NCBI GenBank assembly: GCA_965205975.1
Contig: OZ242195.1
Coordinates: 2,816,001 to 2,880,000, forward strand
DNA length: 64,000 nucleotides
DNA from: Candidatus Latescibacterota bacterium
GTDB taxonomy: Bacteria > Latescibacterota > UBA2968
Direction of reading: 5' to 3'
Shown: one piece after another, positions 43,419-53,872 of the stretch
How the letters are laid out: each line of letters starts with the position of its first letter
Position numbering within the stretch: the first letter of the stretch is position 1
Made by a program: the position numbers and the translations under genes
The notes under the pieces: model-generated
Databases searched by the model: none
Seen by the model: the letters and a program-made list of their open reading frames with translations, nothing else
Told to the model about the DNA's origin: nothing

Positions 43419-43934
43419 ATGAAAATCGACCTGAGAGATATACAAGAAGGCGAGACCGAACTTTCGTTTGAAGAAACGCCTGCCGACCTGCACATTACCG
43501 AAGAAGACACCCAATTTGCAGGTGCCATAAACACCCGTCTCGTCGTGTACAAATTTGGCGACTCGCTCTCCGCCAAAGGGCAAACCACCTGTCTGGTGCG
43601 CCCCGAATGCGCGCGGTGCCTGGAACCCATCGAATTTCCCATCGCCATCTCATACACATTCGTTTTTCAAAAAGGGCGTCCCGACCAGATGAATGATGAC
43701 GATGACGAAACGCTGGTCTGGCTCAATGAAGAACCCGGAGAGATAGACCTAGGCAATGACGTGAAAGATTATATTTTGCTCGAACTGCCCATGATTCCAA
43801 CCTGTGCTGCATCGCCTTCTGGCCCTTGTGAACGCTATGAGCAAGACCCCCATGAATTGCTGGAATACGAGCGTGAAAAGAGTCTCGACCCGCGCTGGGA
43901 TGCTCTCCGCGCACTAAAAGAAAACGAACAGTAA
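43419..43934 (+). CDS. yceD: DUF177/YceD family protein
   Basis: CARCLEP, LELPM, DPRWDAL; directly upstream of rpmF. Confidence 0.9.
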   Translation: MKIDLRDIQEGETELSFEETPADLHITEEDTQFAGAINTRLVVYKFGDSLSAKGQTTCLVRPECARCLEPIEFPIAISYTFVFQKGRPDQMNDDDDETLVWLNEEPGEIDLGNDVKDYILLELPMIPTCAASPSGPCERYEQDPHELLEYEREKSLDPRWDALRALKENEQ

Positions 43935-43963
43935 ACAGAGCATCAATCAAAAAGGATACCACC

Positions 43964-44146
43964 ATGGCCAACCCCAAACGAAAAAGTTCAAATTCCCGCA
44001 CAGGTAAACGCCGTGCCAATTGGAAGCTGCGTCAACCCACTTTTAACGCCTGTCCCAACTGTGGGCAGCAAAAAATACCCCATCGGGTCTGTGGAAATTG
44101 CGGTTATTACAATGGACGCGAAGTGGTTGAAACCGATGGCTTTTAG
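43964..44146 (+). CDS. rpmF: 50S ribosomal protein L32
   Basis: MANPKRK, CPNCG..PHRVCGNCGYY. Confidence 0.96.
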   Translation: MANPKRKSSNSRTGKRRANWKLRQPTFNACPNCGQQKIPHRVCGNCGYYNGREVVETDGF

Positions 44147-44190
44147 TTTGGTCTAACATCGCGCAGACTTTGAGGAGCAGAGTAATTATC

Positions 44191-45183
44191 ATGTACCCCC
44201 TTACAGCCACCATTACCGGGGTTGGGCACTATGTCCCAGAACAAAAGCTGACCAATACCGACCTCGAAAAAATGGTCGATACATCCGACGAGTGGATCAC
44301 ATCCCGCACTGGCATCAAAGAACGCCGCATTCTCGACGAGGGATTGGGCACATCTTTTATGGCTCTAAAATCTCTGGAATCCATTCTGCACAACAAAGGA
44401 CTCGATGCCAGAGATATCGATCTGATCATCGTTGCGACCATCACGCCCGACATGGTATTTCCATCAACGGCCTGTCTGGTACAGGACCAAATTGGTGCCA
44501 CAAATGCCTGGGCTTTTGATCTGGCGGCAGCCTGTAGCGGTTTTTTATATGCTCTGATGGTAGGGGGGCAATTTATTGAAACGGGCGCACACAAACGCGT
44601 AGTCGTCATCGGAGCCGACAAAATGAGCAGCATTACAGACTACGCCGATCGCGACACCTGTGTGCTCTTTGGCGATGGCGCGGGTGCCGTTTTACTCGAA
44701 TCAGGCGAGCCCGGTTTCGGGCTTAAAGACTTTATCCTCTATTCTGATGGCAGCGGCGTAAAATATCTGCGGCAACCCGCTGGCGGCAGTCTGCTTCCCG
44801 CCTCTCGTGAAACCGTTGAAAAAAAAATGCATTATATTTATCAAGATGGTCGCGAAGTTTTCAAATTTGCAGTCCCCAAAATGGCGGAAGTTTCCGCTCA
44901 AATTCTCGAACGAAACGGCCTTATCGGCAAAGACATCGCGCTTTTTGTGCCGCATCAGGCCAACAAACGCATCATTGACGCCTGTGTCAAACGTACAGAT
45001 ATACCCGAAGATCGCGTTGTGGTCAATATCGACCGCTATGCCAACACTTCGGCTGCCACCATTCCCCTTGGTCTATCTGAAGCAGCCGAACAGGGCCGTC
45101 TCAATCGCGGTGACAACGTGTTGCTCGCCAGTGCCGGTGCGGGATATACCTGGGGCAGCACCCTGCTAACCTGGGCTTATTAG
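44191..45183 (+). CDS. fabH: 3-oxoacyl-ACP synthase III
   Basis: DTSDEWI..RTGI, AACSGF, FGDGAGA, PHQAN. Confidence 0.96.
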   Translation: MYPLTATITGVGHYVPEQKLTNTDLEKMVDTSDEWITSRTGIKERRILDEGLGTSFMALKSLESILHNKGLDARDIDLIIVATITPDMVFPSTACLVQDQIGATNAWAFDLAAACSGFLYALMVGGQFIETGAHKRVVVIGADKMSSITDYADRDTCVLFGDGAGAVLLESGEPGFGLKDFILYSDGSGVKYLRQPAGGSLLPASRETVEKKMHYIYQDGREVFKFAVPKMAEVSAQILERNGLIGKDIALFVPHQANKRIIDACVKRTDIPEDRVVVNIDRYANTSAATIPLGLSEAAEQGRLNRGDNVLLASAGAGYTWGSTLLTWAY

Positions 45184-46116
45184 ATGGAAAAAAAAACTTT
45201 CCTATTTCCAGGACAAGGCTCCCAATTCGTTGGCATGGGATACGATCTGTATAGAAGCGCACCGGAAGCGCACCAAATTTTTGATCTTGCCGACGATGTG
45301 CTCGATATAGACATTAAGTCATTCTGCTTCAATGGTCCTGCCGAGTCACTCAAACAAACCGCAGTCACACAACCGGCAATTTTTGCCCACAGCATTGCCG
45401 CTCTTGAAGTAATTAAAAGCCGGGGACTGCACCCCGACCTCGTGGCAGGACACAGTGTTGGAGAACTCGCCGCGCTTGTTGCGGCGGGTGTTATGCGCGT
45501 CGAAGATGGCTTTCGAGTCGTCAGCGTTCGCGGACATGCCATGCAAGTCGCGGGAAAAATTCGGCCAGGTGCCATGGCAGCTGTGCTCGGTCTCGACGAC
45601 GACGTAATGATTCGGCTTTGCGACGACCTCAGTTCTTCGGGTCATGTCACAACAGCCAATTTCAATTGTCCGGGGCAAGTAGTCTTATCTGGCGAGGAAA
45701 ATGCCATTGACGAAGCACTTGAAAAAGCCAAAGCACTGGGAGCCAAACGCGCTGTGCTCTTGCCCGTAGGCGGCGCATTTCATTCGGCCCTGATGCAACC
45801 AGCCGTAACAGCACTGACCGATATACTCGAAGATGTGCCATTTGTGCGGGCGCAAATTCCCGTGATCCCCAATGTCACGGCTGAACCCACACGCGATCCA
45901 GACCTGCTCAAAGACCTGTTGATCAAGCAAGTTATTTCGCCTGTTCGATGGACAGAATCCATGCAACGGCTCATAGCAGAAGGCATGACCGAAGCCCTCG
46001 AAGTGGGACCAGGCAATGTGCTCAAGGGTCTCATGCGCCGAATCGACCGCAATATGTTAGTCCGCGAAGCCGGCACATTGGAAGCCATTGAACAACTGAA
46101 AGGCAGTAGTCAGTAG
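45184..46116 (+). CDS. fabD: Malonyl-CoA:ACP transacylase
   Basis: FPGQGSQ, GHSVGE, AFHS, SPVRW. Confidence 0.96.
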   Translation: MEKKTFLFPGQGSQFVGMGYDLYRSAPEAHQIFDLADDVLDIDIKSFCFNGPAESLKQTAVTQPAIFAHSIAALEVIKSRGLHPDLVAGHSVGELAALVAAGVMRVEDGFRVVSVRGHAMQVAGKIRPGAMAAVLGLDDDVMIRLCDDLSSSGHVTTANFNCPGQVVLSGEENAIDEALEKAKALGAKRAVLLPVGGAFHSALMQPAVTALTDILEDVPFVRAQIPVIPNVTAEPTRDPDLLKDLLIKQVISPVRWTESMQRLIAEGMTEALEVGPGNVLKGLMRRIDRNMLVREAGTLEAIEQLKGSSQ

Positions 46117-46177
46117 CCAGTAGCCAGTGACCCCGCACAGCCACCCTGGGTTGGGTGGTTGGGACTGACAACTGACA
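46104..46177. repeat. Heptamer tandem repeats with inverted partner
   Basis: (CAGTAGY)3-CAGTGAC .. (ACTGACA)2 around a central hairpin. Confidence 0.55.
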
Positions 46178-46185
46178 ATCATCTC

Positions 46186-46932
46186 ATGAACCGACTCACA
46201 GATAAAACAGCTCTTATAACAGGTGGGTCTCGCGGTATTGGCGCGGCCATTGCCCTGCGCCTTGCGCGCGAAGGAGCCAACATCGCCGTATGTGCCAGCC
46301 AAAGCACGGAAGCTGCAGAAGTCGTGGCCAAAAAAATCCGCGAACAGGGCAGAGAGGCCATTGTACGACAAACCGATGTATCCAATGCCGAATCAGTTGA
46401 AGCCCTTGTAGAGACCGTCCTCGACACCTGGGGCAAAATTGATATACTCGTCAACAATGCGGGTATCACCCGCGACAATTTGCTGATGCGTATGAAAGAA
46501 GATCAGTGGGATGCTGTTCTTGACGTCAACCTCAAAGGTGCGTACCATTGTATCAAAGCCGTCACCCGTCCCATGATGAAGGCGCGAACCGGTCGTATCA
46601 TCAACGTCTCATCGGTCGTCGGACTCACGGGCAATGCAGGGCAGATCAATTACGCCGCATCCAAATCGGGCCTTATTGGCCTGACCAAATCGGTAGCCAG
46701 AGAATTAGCCAGCCGCAATATTACGGCCAACGCCATTGCGCCCGGATTTATCCCAACTGACATGACCGCCAAACTCAACCCTAAAATACAAGAACAGTTG
46801 ATCGCACAGATTCCACTGGGCAAACTCGGTAGCCCCGACGATGTCGCTGCTGCCACAGCCTTTCTCGCCTCTGACGACGCTGCTTATATTACTGGACAGG
46901 TTCTCGTTGTCGATGGCGGAATGGTGATGTAA
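46186..46932 (+). CDS. fabG: 3-oxoacyl-ACP reductase
   Basis: TGGSRGIG, NNAGITRD, NYAASK. Confidence 0.96.
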   Translation: MNRLTDKTALITGGSRGIGAAIALRLAREGANIAVCASQSTEAAEVVAKKIREQGREAIVRQTDVSNAESVEALVETVLDTWGKIDILVNNAGITRDNLLMRMKEDQWDAVLDVNLKGAYHCIKAVTRPMMKARTGRIINVSSVVGLTGNAGQINYAASKSGLIGLTKSVARELASRNITANAIAPGFIPTDMTAKLNPKIQEQLIAQIPLGKLGSPDDVAAATAFLASDDAAYITGQVLVVDGGMVM

Positions 46933-46966
46933 ATAATCACTACACACTACACACGGAGGGCTTCAC

Positions 46967-47206
46967 ATGACCGATGATATTCAACAAAAAGTTACCGACC
47001 TGATCGTTGACCAACTCGGGGTCGATGCCGATAGCGTCAATGCCGACGCCCATTTTATTGACGATCTGGGCGCAGACTCACTCGACACAGTCGAACTGGT
47101 CATGGCTTTCGAAGAAGAATTTGACATGGAAATCTCAGATGAAGACGCTGAAAAGCTCGAAACAGTTGGCGATGCCATTGCATACTTAGACGAACGTCTG
47201 GATTAA
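46967..47206 (+). CDS. acpP: Acyl carrier protein
   Basis: [20 protein letters not shown]. Confidence 0.97.
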   Translation: MTDDIQQKVTDLIVDQLGVDADSVNADAHFIDDLGADSLDTVELVMAFEEEFDMEISDEDAEKLETVGDAIAYLDERLD

Positions 47207-47258
47207 TTCGGAAACTGAAGACTGGAAACCCTATCTCCAGCCTTCAGGAGGTCATTCT

Positions 47259-48509
47259 TTGAACAAACAACGCAGAGTGGTCATCACCGGCATGGGCACA
47301 CTTGCTCCCAATGGCAATACCACACAAAGCTATTGGGAAGCACTGTGCAATGGACAAACAGGTGTTGGCCCCATAACAAAATTTGACGCCACCGATTTCC
47401 GCGTGCAATTTGCTGCCGAAATCAAAAACTTTGATCCAGAACACTTTGGCATTGATCGTCGCAGCCAGCGTCGTATGGACCTCTTTACCCAATACGCCAT
47501 AGCATCATCTGTTCAAGCCGTGGGAAACGCGGGGCTCGACATCTGCAATGAACAGGCCGAACGCATCGGGGTTGTATTTGGCTCGGGCATTGGCGGCATC
47601 CAAACCTTTGAAGATCAGCACGAAGCCTATCGCAAAGATGGTCCAAGACGCATCAGTCCGCTTTTTGTGCCCATGATGATCCCTGACATGTCCGCAGGTC
47701 AAGTGTCCATCCACCTTGGTGCCAAAGGTCCCAATTATACCACCGTCACAGCTTGCGCCTCGGCAGCCCATGCCATTGGCAATGCAGCCCGCGAAATTTG
47801 GGACGACGAAGCCGATATCATGATCACAGGGGGGGCAGAAGCCGCCATTACACCGATGTCAGTCGGTGGATTTGCCTCAGCGCGAACGCTTTCAACCCGC
47901 AACGACGCCCCAACGCAAGCCAGTCGCCCCTTTGACGCAGACCGAGATGGGTTTGTAATTGGAGAAGGTGCCGGTGGGCTTGTTCTGGAAGAACTCGAAC
48001 ACGCAACACAACGAGGCGCCACTATTTATGCCGAAGTGGTAGGAGCCGGTTACACGGGTGATGCCTATCACATTACCGGTATGGCCCCTGGCGGTGAGGG
48101 GGGTGCCCGCGCCATGTGCCGCGCCATGCGACAGGCGCAGATCAATCCCGAAGACGTGTCTTACATCAACGCACACGGCACATCAACACCCGTGGGTGAC
48201 CCGGCAGAAACAGCTGCCATCAAATCCGTATTTGGCGACTATGCCAAAAAGCTCGCCGTCAGTTCGACAAAATCTATGACTGGCCATCTTTTGGGAGCTT
48301 CGGGTGCGATTGAAACTATCGCGGCAACCCTATCAGTTCATCACAATGTGGTGCCGCCCACGATCAACTATGAAACACCCGATCCAGAATGCGATCTCGA
48401 TTACGTGCCCAACGAAGCGCGAGAAATACCCGTTGAAATAGCCATCAGCAACTCCTTCGGCTTCGGTGGTCACAACGCAGTCCTCATCCTGCGTAAGTTT
48501 CGCAACTAA
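47259..48509 (+). CDS. fabF: 3-oxoacyl-ACP synthase II
   Basis: RVVITG, TACAS, NAHGTST, GHLLGA, SNSFGFGG. Confidence 0.96.
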   Translation: MNKQRRVVITGMGTLAPNGNTTQSYWEALCNGQTGVGPITKFDATDFRVQFAAEIKNFDPEHFGIDRRSQRRMDLFTQYAIASSVQAVGNAGLDICNEQAERIGVVFGSGIGGIQTFEDQHEAYRKDGPRRISPLFVPMMIPDMSAGQVSIHLGAKGPNYTTVTACASAAHAIGNAAREIWDDEADIMITGGAEAAITPMSVGGFASARTLSTRNDAPTQASRPFDADRDGFVIGEGAGGLVLEELEHATQRGATIYAEVVGAGYTGDAYHITGMAPGGEGGARAMCRAMRQAQINPEDVSYINAHGTSTPVGDPAETAAIKSVFGDYAKKLAVSSTKSMTGHLLGASGAIETIAATLSVHHNVVPPTINYETPDPECDLDYVPNEAREIPVEIAISNSFGFGGHNAVLILRKFRN

Positions 48510-48520
48510 CGAGACCATAC

Positions 48521-49297
48521 ATGTTACGCGACTTGAAAGGGGGCGGTTTTATCCGACTCGGAACCGTCTTACAAACAATCAGACGCTGGTCCGCAGGCAG
48601 CACAGTGCGTTCTCAAGAAGAGCTCCAGCGCAACCTCAGCTATACCTTCTCCAATACCGCTTTACTCGAACAAGCACTCAAACACCGATCCTATGTTTAC
48701 GTCACTCAGGAAGGCAGCATTGCGTCCAATGAACGTCTGGAATTTTTGGGCGATGCCGTGCTCGATCTTATTGTGACAGAATATCTCTACAATCGATTTA
48801 AAAATAAAAGAGAAGGCGAACTCACACAGATCAAGTCTCTGCTCGTCAGCAAGGTGGTCCTGGCCGAAAAAGGCCGAAAAATCCAACTTGGAGAATATCT
48901 CTATTTGAGCAAAGAAGAAATCTCATCTGGCGGACGCCAACGCACCTCGATTATAGGCGATGCTTTTGAAGCACTCTTAGGTGCGATTTACCTCGACGGT
49001 GGCCTTGAAGCTGCCCGCACATTTGTAGAGCGCACAATTCTAACCGATGTTGAAGAAATACTCTCCGATGGCAACTATCTCAACTTCAAAAGCCTGCTTC
49101 TCGAACATACGCAGAGTACGGGAAAGGGTTATCCGCGATATCAACCCATATCCGAAGAAGGCCCAGATCATCGAAAAATTTTCTTTATTGAAGTAACCCT
49201 CCAGGGCGATCGATTGGGCGAGGGACAGGGGCGCAGTAAAAAAGAAGCCCAACAGATGGCCGCAAAAGACGCGCTCAGACATCTGGGCCTACACTAA
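48521..49297 (+). CDS. rnc: Ribonuclease III
   Basis: NERLEFLGDAVL, DAFEALLGAIYLD, dsRBD GRSKKEAQQ. Confidence 0.95.
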   Translation: MLRDLKGGGFIRLGTVLQTIRRWSAGSTVRSQEELQRNLSYTFSNTALLEQALKHRSYVYVTQEGSIASNERLEFLGDAVLDLIVTEYLYNRFKNKREGELTQIKSLLVSKVVLAEKGRKIQLGEYLYLSKEEISSGGRQRTSIIGDAFEALLGAIYLDGGLEAARTFVERTILTDVEEILSDGNYLNFKSLLLEHTQSTGKGYPRYQPISEEGPDHRKIFFIEVTLQGDRLGEGQGRSKKEAQQMAAKDALRHLGLH

Positions 49298-49299
49298 CC

Positions 49300-50133
49300 A
49301 TGACACAATGCAATCCCCCCACATGGCGTTTCCTGAATACTCAACACGGAAACGCCTTTTTTAATATGGCAGTCGATGAAGCTCTCGTGCGCTCGATAGG
49401 TGCTCAGCCCGCATTTCGCGTTTACGGGTGGCAACCGCCCGCGGTCTCTTTTGGATATGCACAGCGCATCAGCCGCGAAGTCGATGCTCAAAAAGTTCGC
49501 GAGCGCGGTATCGACATTGTCCGCCGTCCCACTGGTGGTCGCGCTGTCTTGCACTGGAACGAACTGACCTATAGCGTTATCTGCCCTGCCGATAATCCCG
49601 TGATGGGGGGCAATATCAACGAAGCCTATCGCAGAATCAGCGAGGGCCTTTTGGCGGGTATTTGCGATCTCGGTATTGATGCGACCTTTGAATCCCGCCG
49701 CCAGACACAGCCCTCACCGCGCGGCAAAGAACTCACCGCGCCCTGTTTTACCAGCACAGCGCAATACGAAGTCAAATTCAAGGGACGCAAACTCATCGGT
49801 AGCGCGCAACAGCGCATCGGCACAATGCTCTTGCAGCACGGGTCTCTCCTGCTCGGCCCAGAGCACAAACAAATCGCCGATCTTCTGCCCAGCGACAAAC
49901 CCGGCCTGAAAAAGCGTTTTGAACGCGAACTCGACCGCCACACCATCTCTCTCTCTGAAGCCCTCGCATCCCCCATCGATTTTAATACGGCGGCTGCCGC
50001 CATCCGACAAGGCATTCAAAAGACCTTTAACATCCAACTTATTGAAGCCGCACTCAGCAAAACCGAAATCGCCGAAACCCAACGCCTCATCGCCGAGAAA
50101 TACGCAACGCATGAATGGAATGACAAGTATTGA
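49300..50133 (+). CDS. Lipoate-protein ligase/octanoyltransferase (LplA/LipM family)
   Basis: NMAVDEAL, VRRPTGGRAVLH, RKLIGSAQ, LQHGS. Confidence 0.9.
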   Translation: MTQCNPPTWRFLNTQHGNAFFNMAVDEALVRSIGAQPAFRVYGWQPPAVSFGYAQRISREVDAQKVRERGIDIVRRPTGGRAVLHWNELTYSVICPADNPVMGGNINEAYRRISEGLLAGICDLGIDATFESRRQTQPSPRGKELTAPCFTSTAQYEVKFKGRKLIGSAQQRIGTMLLQHGSLLLGPEHKQIADLLPSDKPGLKKRFERELDRHTISLSEALASPIDFNTAAAAIRQGIQKTFNIQLIEAALSKTEIAETQRLIAEKYATHEWNDKY

Positions 50134-50542
50134 ATCTTCAAAAACCTGGACCTCACATCCCCTGCGCGAAGAGCCTTTGGCAAAATCTTTTTTACTCGTG
50201 CTCATCATCCTGAGCGTCGCGTCTATTGTCGGCGTGAGCTTTCAAAGCATCACCTTCGCCTCTCTGTCACTCATATTGCTCACCGCGGCGATGTCCCGTT
50301 ATCTCTTTATAACGCGCTATGCTATTGACGCTCACGGTTTTACCATTTCACATATCGGTATGCGCAGGCAGTATTTGTGGACAAATTTTCGCCGTGTCTC
50401 AATCCATCCCGACGGCATCTTCTTAAGTCCTTTTGTCAAACCGCATCGTCTCGATACCTTTCGCGGTCAATTTCTGCGCTCCAAAAACCCCGCTGAGATC
50501 TACCATGTCGTCGAAAAACACATCGCTATTGACCCGGCTTAA
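50120..50542 (+). CDS. Small two-TM membrane protein
   Basis: WTSHP, two hydrophobic helices, LSPF..RLDTFRG; overlaps neighbours. Confidence 0.75.
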   Translation: MTSIESSKTWTSHPLREEPLAKSFLLVLIILSVASIVGVSFQSITFASLSLILLTAAMSRYLFITRYAIDAHGFTISHIGMRRQYLWTNFRRVSIHPDGIFLSPFVKPHRLDTFRGQFLRSKNPAEIYHVVEKHIAIDPA

Positions 50543-50858
50543 GAATTATTGCGCCCATGCCTTTGCCGTCTCTCCCCCCGAAAGTGCCATCACCAAAGAA
50601 GACGAAATTCTCGCCGAAAAAGCCGCCGCCTTCATCGTAGGGCGCAAACTCACAGCACCAGCCATCATGCTACTTGAAACCGGGCGCCCCTTTAACTATA
50701 TTGGCAGCCAACTTTTGACTTTTTTGTCGCCCTTCGTATCTATCATTTTTTCCTCAACAGCTGAGTTTGATCGCTTCACGCGCTTTCTGGAAAAACGGGA
50801 AAGCATTCCCTGCCTCATTCGCCACATTGAAACCCTGGAAAACAAAAACCATGGATAA
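50505..50858 (+). CDS. Conserved hypothetical protein
   Basis: PAIMLLETGRPFNYIGSQ; translationally coupled to the next gene. Confidence 0.75.
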   Translation: MSSKNTSLLTRLKNYCAHAFAVSPPESAITKEDEILAEKAAAFIVGRKLTAPAIMLLETGRPFNYIGSQLLTFLSPFVSIIFSSTAEFDRFTRFLEKRESIPCLIRHIETLENKNHG

Positions 50859-52638
50859 ACTCGATGTCATCATCGCTACCGATTGCGGCAGCACCACCAC
50901 CAAAGCCATCCTGATTGAAAAAAAGGACGATGTCTATCGCCAGACCTATCGAGGCGAAGCACCAACCACAGTTGAAGCTCCCTACGAGGACGTCACGCGC
51001 GGCGTACTCAACGCCATTCAAGAAGTCGAAGAACTCTCCGGCAGACAAATTCTCGACGGCGAAACCATCATCACACCCGCAGAAGACCATCGCGGAGTTG
51101 ACATCTACATTTCCACCAGCAGCGCAGGCGGCGGCCTGCAAATGATGGTCGGCGGTGTCATTCAGGCCATGACCGGCGAAAGCGCACAGCGTTGCGCGCT
51201 CGGCGCAGGTGCAATTGTCATGGACATTCTCGCATCCAACGATGGTCGGCAGCCCCACGAAAAAATCGAACGCATTCGCCAGTTGCGCCCCGATATGGTG
51301 CTCCTTTCGGGCGGCACAGATGGCGGTACTATTTCGCACGTTGTCGAACTGGCCGAATTTATTTCGGCAGCCGATCCCAAACCGCGATTTGGATCTGGAT
51401 ATCAACTGCCCGTCATTTTCGCTGGGAACAAAGATGCTGCACAGGAAATTGAACGCACCCTGGGCGACAAAACAGCCCTCACCGTCACGGAAAATATCCG
51501 CCCCACGCTCGAAGCGGAAAACCTCGGACCTGCTCGCCATGTGATCCACGACCTATTTCTCGAACACGTCATGGCGCAAGCACCTGGCTATCGAAAACTC
51601 ATTTCCTGGACAGGTGCGCCCATCATGCCCACGCCCGGCGCAGTTGGCCTCATGATGCAAACCGTATCCAAACAACAGAATATCAATGTCGTGGGCGTTG
51701 ATATAGGTGGTGCTACCACCGATGTATTCAGCGTCTTCGAAGATATCTTCAACCGCACGGTATCTGCCAACCTCGGCATGTCCTACAGCGTGTCCAACGT
51801 ACTCGCCGAAGCGGGCCTCGACGATGTCATGCGCTGGGTACCTTTCAAAATCGACGAAGCCGACCTGCGGGACCGCATCAAAAACAAAATGATCCGCCCC
51901 ACCACAATTCCGCAAATGCTCGAAGAACTTCAGATCGAACAGGCCATTGCCCGCGAAGCCCTGCGTCTGGCCTTTGTCCAGCACCGCGCACTGGCGGTGG
52001 GGCTCAAAGGCGTACAGGCAGAGCGCACCCTGTCCGATGTATTCGACCAATCCGCAGGCGGCGAAAGCCTCATCAAAATGCGCGACCTCGATCTTCTTGT
52101 CGGAAGCGGCGGCGTTTTATCTCACGCCCCACGTCGAATGCAAACAGCCGCCATGCTCATCGACGCCTTCCAGCCCGAAGGCATCACGCGCCTCGCTGTT
52201 GACAGCATCTTTATGATGCCACACCTCGGCGTGCTCTCATCGGTCAACGAAATCGCCGCCACCCAGGTTTTTGAACGCGATTGCCTCATTTACCTCGGCA
52301 CGTGTATCGCACCCATCGTCCAGGGCAAACAGAGCGCACCTTGTGCGCAATACGAAATCGGCCTTCCTGACGGAACCCAATCGGGCACACTCAATATAGG
52401 CGATCTTCTGCACTTCTCCCTCGAAGCCGATCAAGAAGCACATCTCACCTTACAACCCGAGCACAACACAGACGCAGGTGCCGGACCGGGACGCGAACTG
52501 AACACCACAGTCAAAGGAGGCACCGCCGGGCTAATCCTCGACGGACGCGGTCGTCCCATTATATTTGCCGAAAATCAATCCGAACGCACCGATCAAATAA
52601 GTCGGTGGAGCGAGACCCTCGACCTCTATCCTCGGTAA
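50851..52638 (+). CDS. GlmL/MutL(glutamate mutase L)-like ASKHA ATPase
   Basis: DCGSTTTK, SSAGGGL, GGTDGG, MPTPGAV, DIGGATTDVFS. Confidence 0.85.
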   Translation: MDKLDVIIATDCGSTTTKAILIEKKDDVYRQTYRGEAPTTVEAPYEDVTRGVLNAIQEVEELSGRQILDGETIITPAEDHRGVDIYISTSSAGGGLQMMVGGVIQAMTGESAQRCALGAGAIVMDILASNDGRQPHEKIERIRQLRPDMVLLSGGTDGGTISHVVELAEFISAADPKPRFGSGYQLPVIFAGNKDAAQEIERTLGDKTALTVTENIRPTLEAENLGPARHVIHDLFLEHVMAQAPGYRKLISWTGAPIMPTPGAVGLMMQTVSKQQNINVVGVDIGGATTDVFSVFEDIFNRTVSANLGMSYSVSNVLAEAGLDDVMRWVPFKIDEADLRDRIKNKMIRPTTIPQMLEELQIEQAIAREALRLAFVQHRALAVGLKGVQAERTLSDVFDQSAGGESLIKMRDLDLLVGSGGVLSHAPRRMQTAAMLIDAFQPEGITRLAVDSIFMMPHLGVLSSVNEIAATQVFERDCLIYLGTCIAPIVQGKQSAPCAQYEIGLPDGTQSGTLNIGDLLHFSLEADQEAHLTLQPEHNTDAGAGPGRELNTTVKGGTAGLILDGRGRPIIFAENQSERTDQISRWSETLDLYPR

Positions 52639-52730
52639 GAGAAAGAACAAGGCTATGATTTAATTTATTTTTCTTGTAAAGTACTCCTCGCATTGTATAT
52701 TCCGTTATCCGTAACCTCAGGTATTACTCT

Positions 52731-53849
52731 ATGGCACACGCATACACACCCGGTCTTCGCGTTACCCCACAGACCCTTCTTCAACGCCAGCGCCAACTTC
52801 CCCTCAAAGGCGAGGTCGTCGTATCACAAGGCGATAGCGTGACGCGCGATCAGGTCGTTGCCCACACGCACCTACCCGGCAACGTCACCACCCTCAACCT
52901 GGTCAACATCTTGAGCTGTACGCCAGAAGAACTGCCCAATTACATGCTCAAAAGTGAAGGCGACCCCGTCGAAGCCAACGAACCCATTGCCGAAACCCGC
53001 CCCTTCATAAAATGGTTTAAAACCACCGTTAAAGCACCTATCAGTGGCACCCTCGAAAACATCTCCAAAATCACCGGGCAGGTCATCTTTCGCGCGCCCC
53101 CGCGCCCCGTTCAGGTACAGGCATACATCGATGGAAACGTGATCGAAATCCTGCCCGAAGAAGGTGTCATTGTCGAAACCACAGGTGCATTTGTGCAGGG
53201 CATCTTTGGCATAGGCGGAGAAACCTGGGGACCTCTACACGTCATCTCCGAGGAGCCAGATCAAATTTTAACCCCCGATCAAATCGACGACTCGTGCGCG
53301 GGTAAAATCCTCGTGGGCGGCAACTTGCTCACCCTTGATGTAATCAACAAAGCGCGGGAAATCGACGCCGTTGGCATCATTGGCGGCGGCATCCGCGATT
53401 CCGATTTGCGCGACATGCTCGGCTACGACCTCGGCGTAGCCATCACCGGCACCGAGAATATCGGCCTCACCGTCATTGTCACCGAAGGCTTTGGCTCCAT
53501 CGCAATGGCGCGCAAAACCTTTGACATACTGAGCGAAAACAACGGCAAAGAGGCCTCGATCTCTGGTGCCACCCAGATCCGCGCCGGAGTTTTGCGTCCC
53601 GAAATCATCATTCCAGAATCCCGCATCCACGAACAAGCCGAAGAATCCGATCATCCGGGCCTCATCGAAGGGGCACTCTTGCGCGTAATTCGCGCACCCC
53701 ATTTTGGTCAGGTGGGAAAAGTCACGGCCCTACCACCCGAACTGCAAACAGTCGAATCCGAAACCCATGTGCGCGTACTCGAAGTAGAATTTGACAATAG
53801 TGACCGCGCCACTGTCCCGCGCGCCAACGTCGAACTCATCCAGGAGTAA
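52731..53849 (+). CDS. Hypothetical protein with barrel-sandwich-hybrid-like N-terminus and KOW-like C-terminus
   Basis: MAHAYTPGL, GEVVVSQGD, KAPISGT, QGIFGIG, TEGFG, RVIRAPHFG. Confidence 0.75.
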   Translation: MAHAYTPGLRVTPQTLLQRQRQLPLKGEVVVSQGDSVTRDQVVAHTHLPGNVTTLNLVNILSCTPEELPNYMLKSEGDPVEANEPIAETRPFIKWFKTTVKAPISGTLENISKITGQVIFRAPPRPVQVQAYIDGNVIEILPEEGVIVETTGAFVQGIFGIGGETWGPLHVISEEPDQILTPDQIDDSCAGKILVGGNLLTLDVINKAREIDAVGIIGGGIRDSDLRDMLGYDLGVAITGTENIGLTVIVTEGFGSIAMARKTFDILSENNGKEASISGATQIRAGVLRPEIIIPESRIHEQAEESDHPGLIEGALLRVIRAPHFGQVGKVTALPPELQTVESETHVRVLEVEFDNSDRATVPRANVELIQE

Positions 53850-53872
53850 ACGACTCCATCGGGAGATTGCGT

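Noticed and set aside
50851..52638. DNA mismatch repair MutL or a glutamate fermentation operon
   Set aside because: Motifs are ASKHA, not GHKL, and no mutase subunits are nearby
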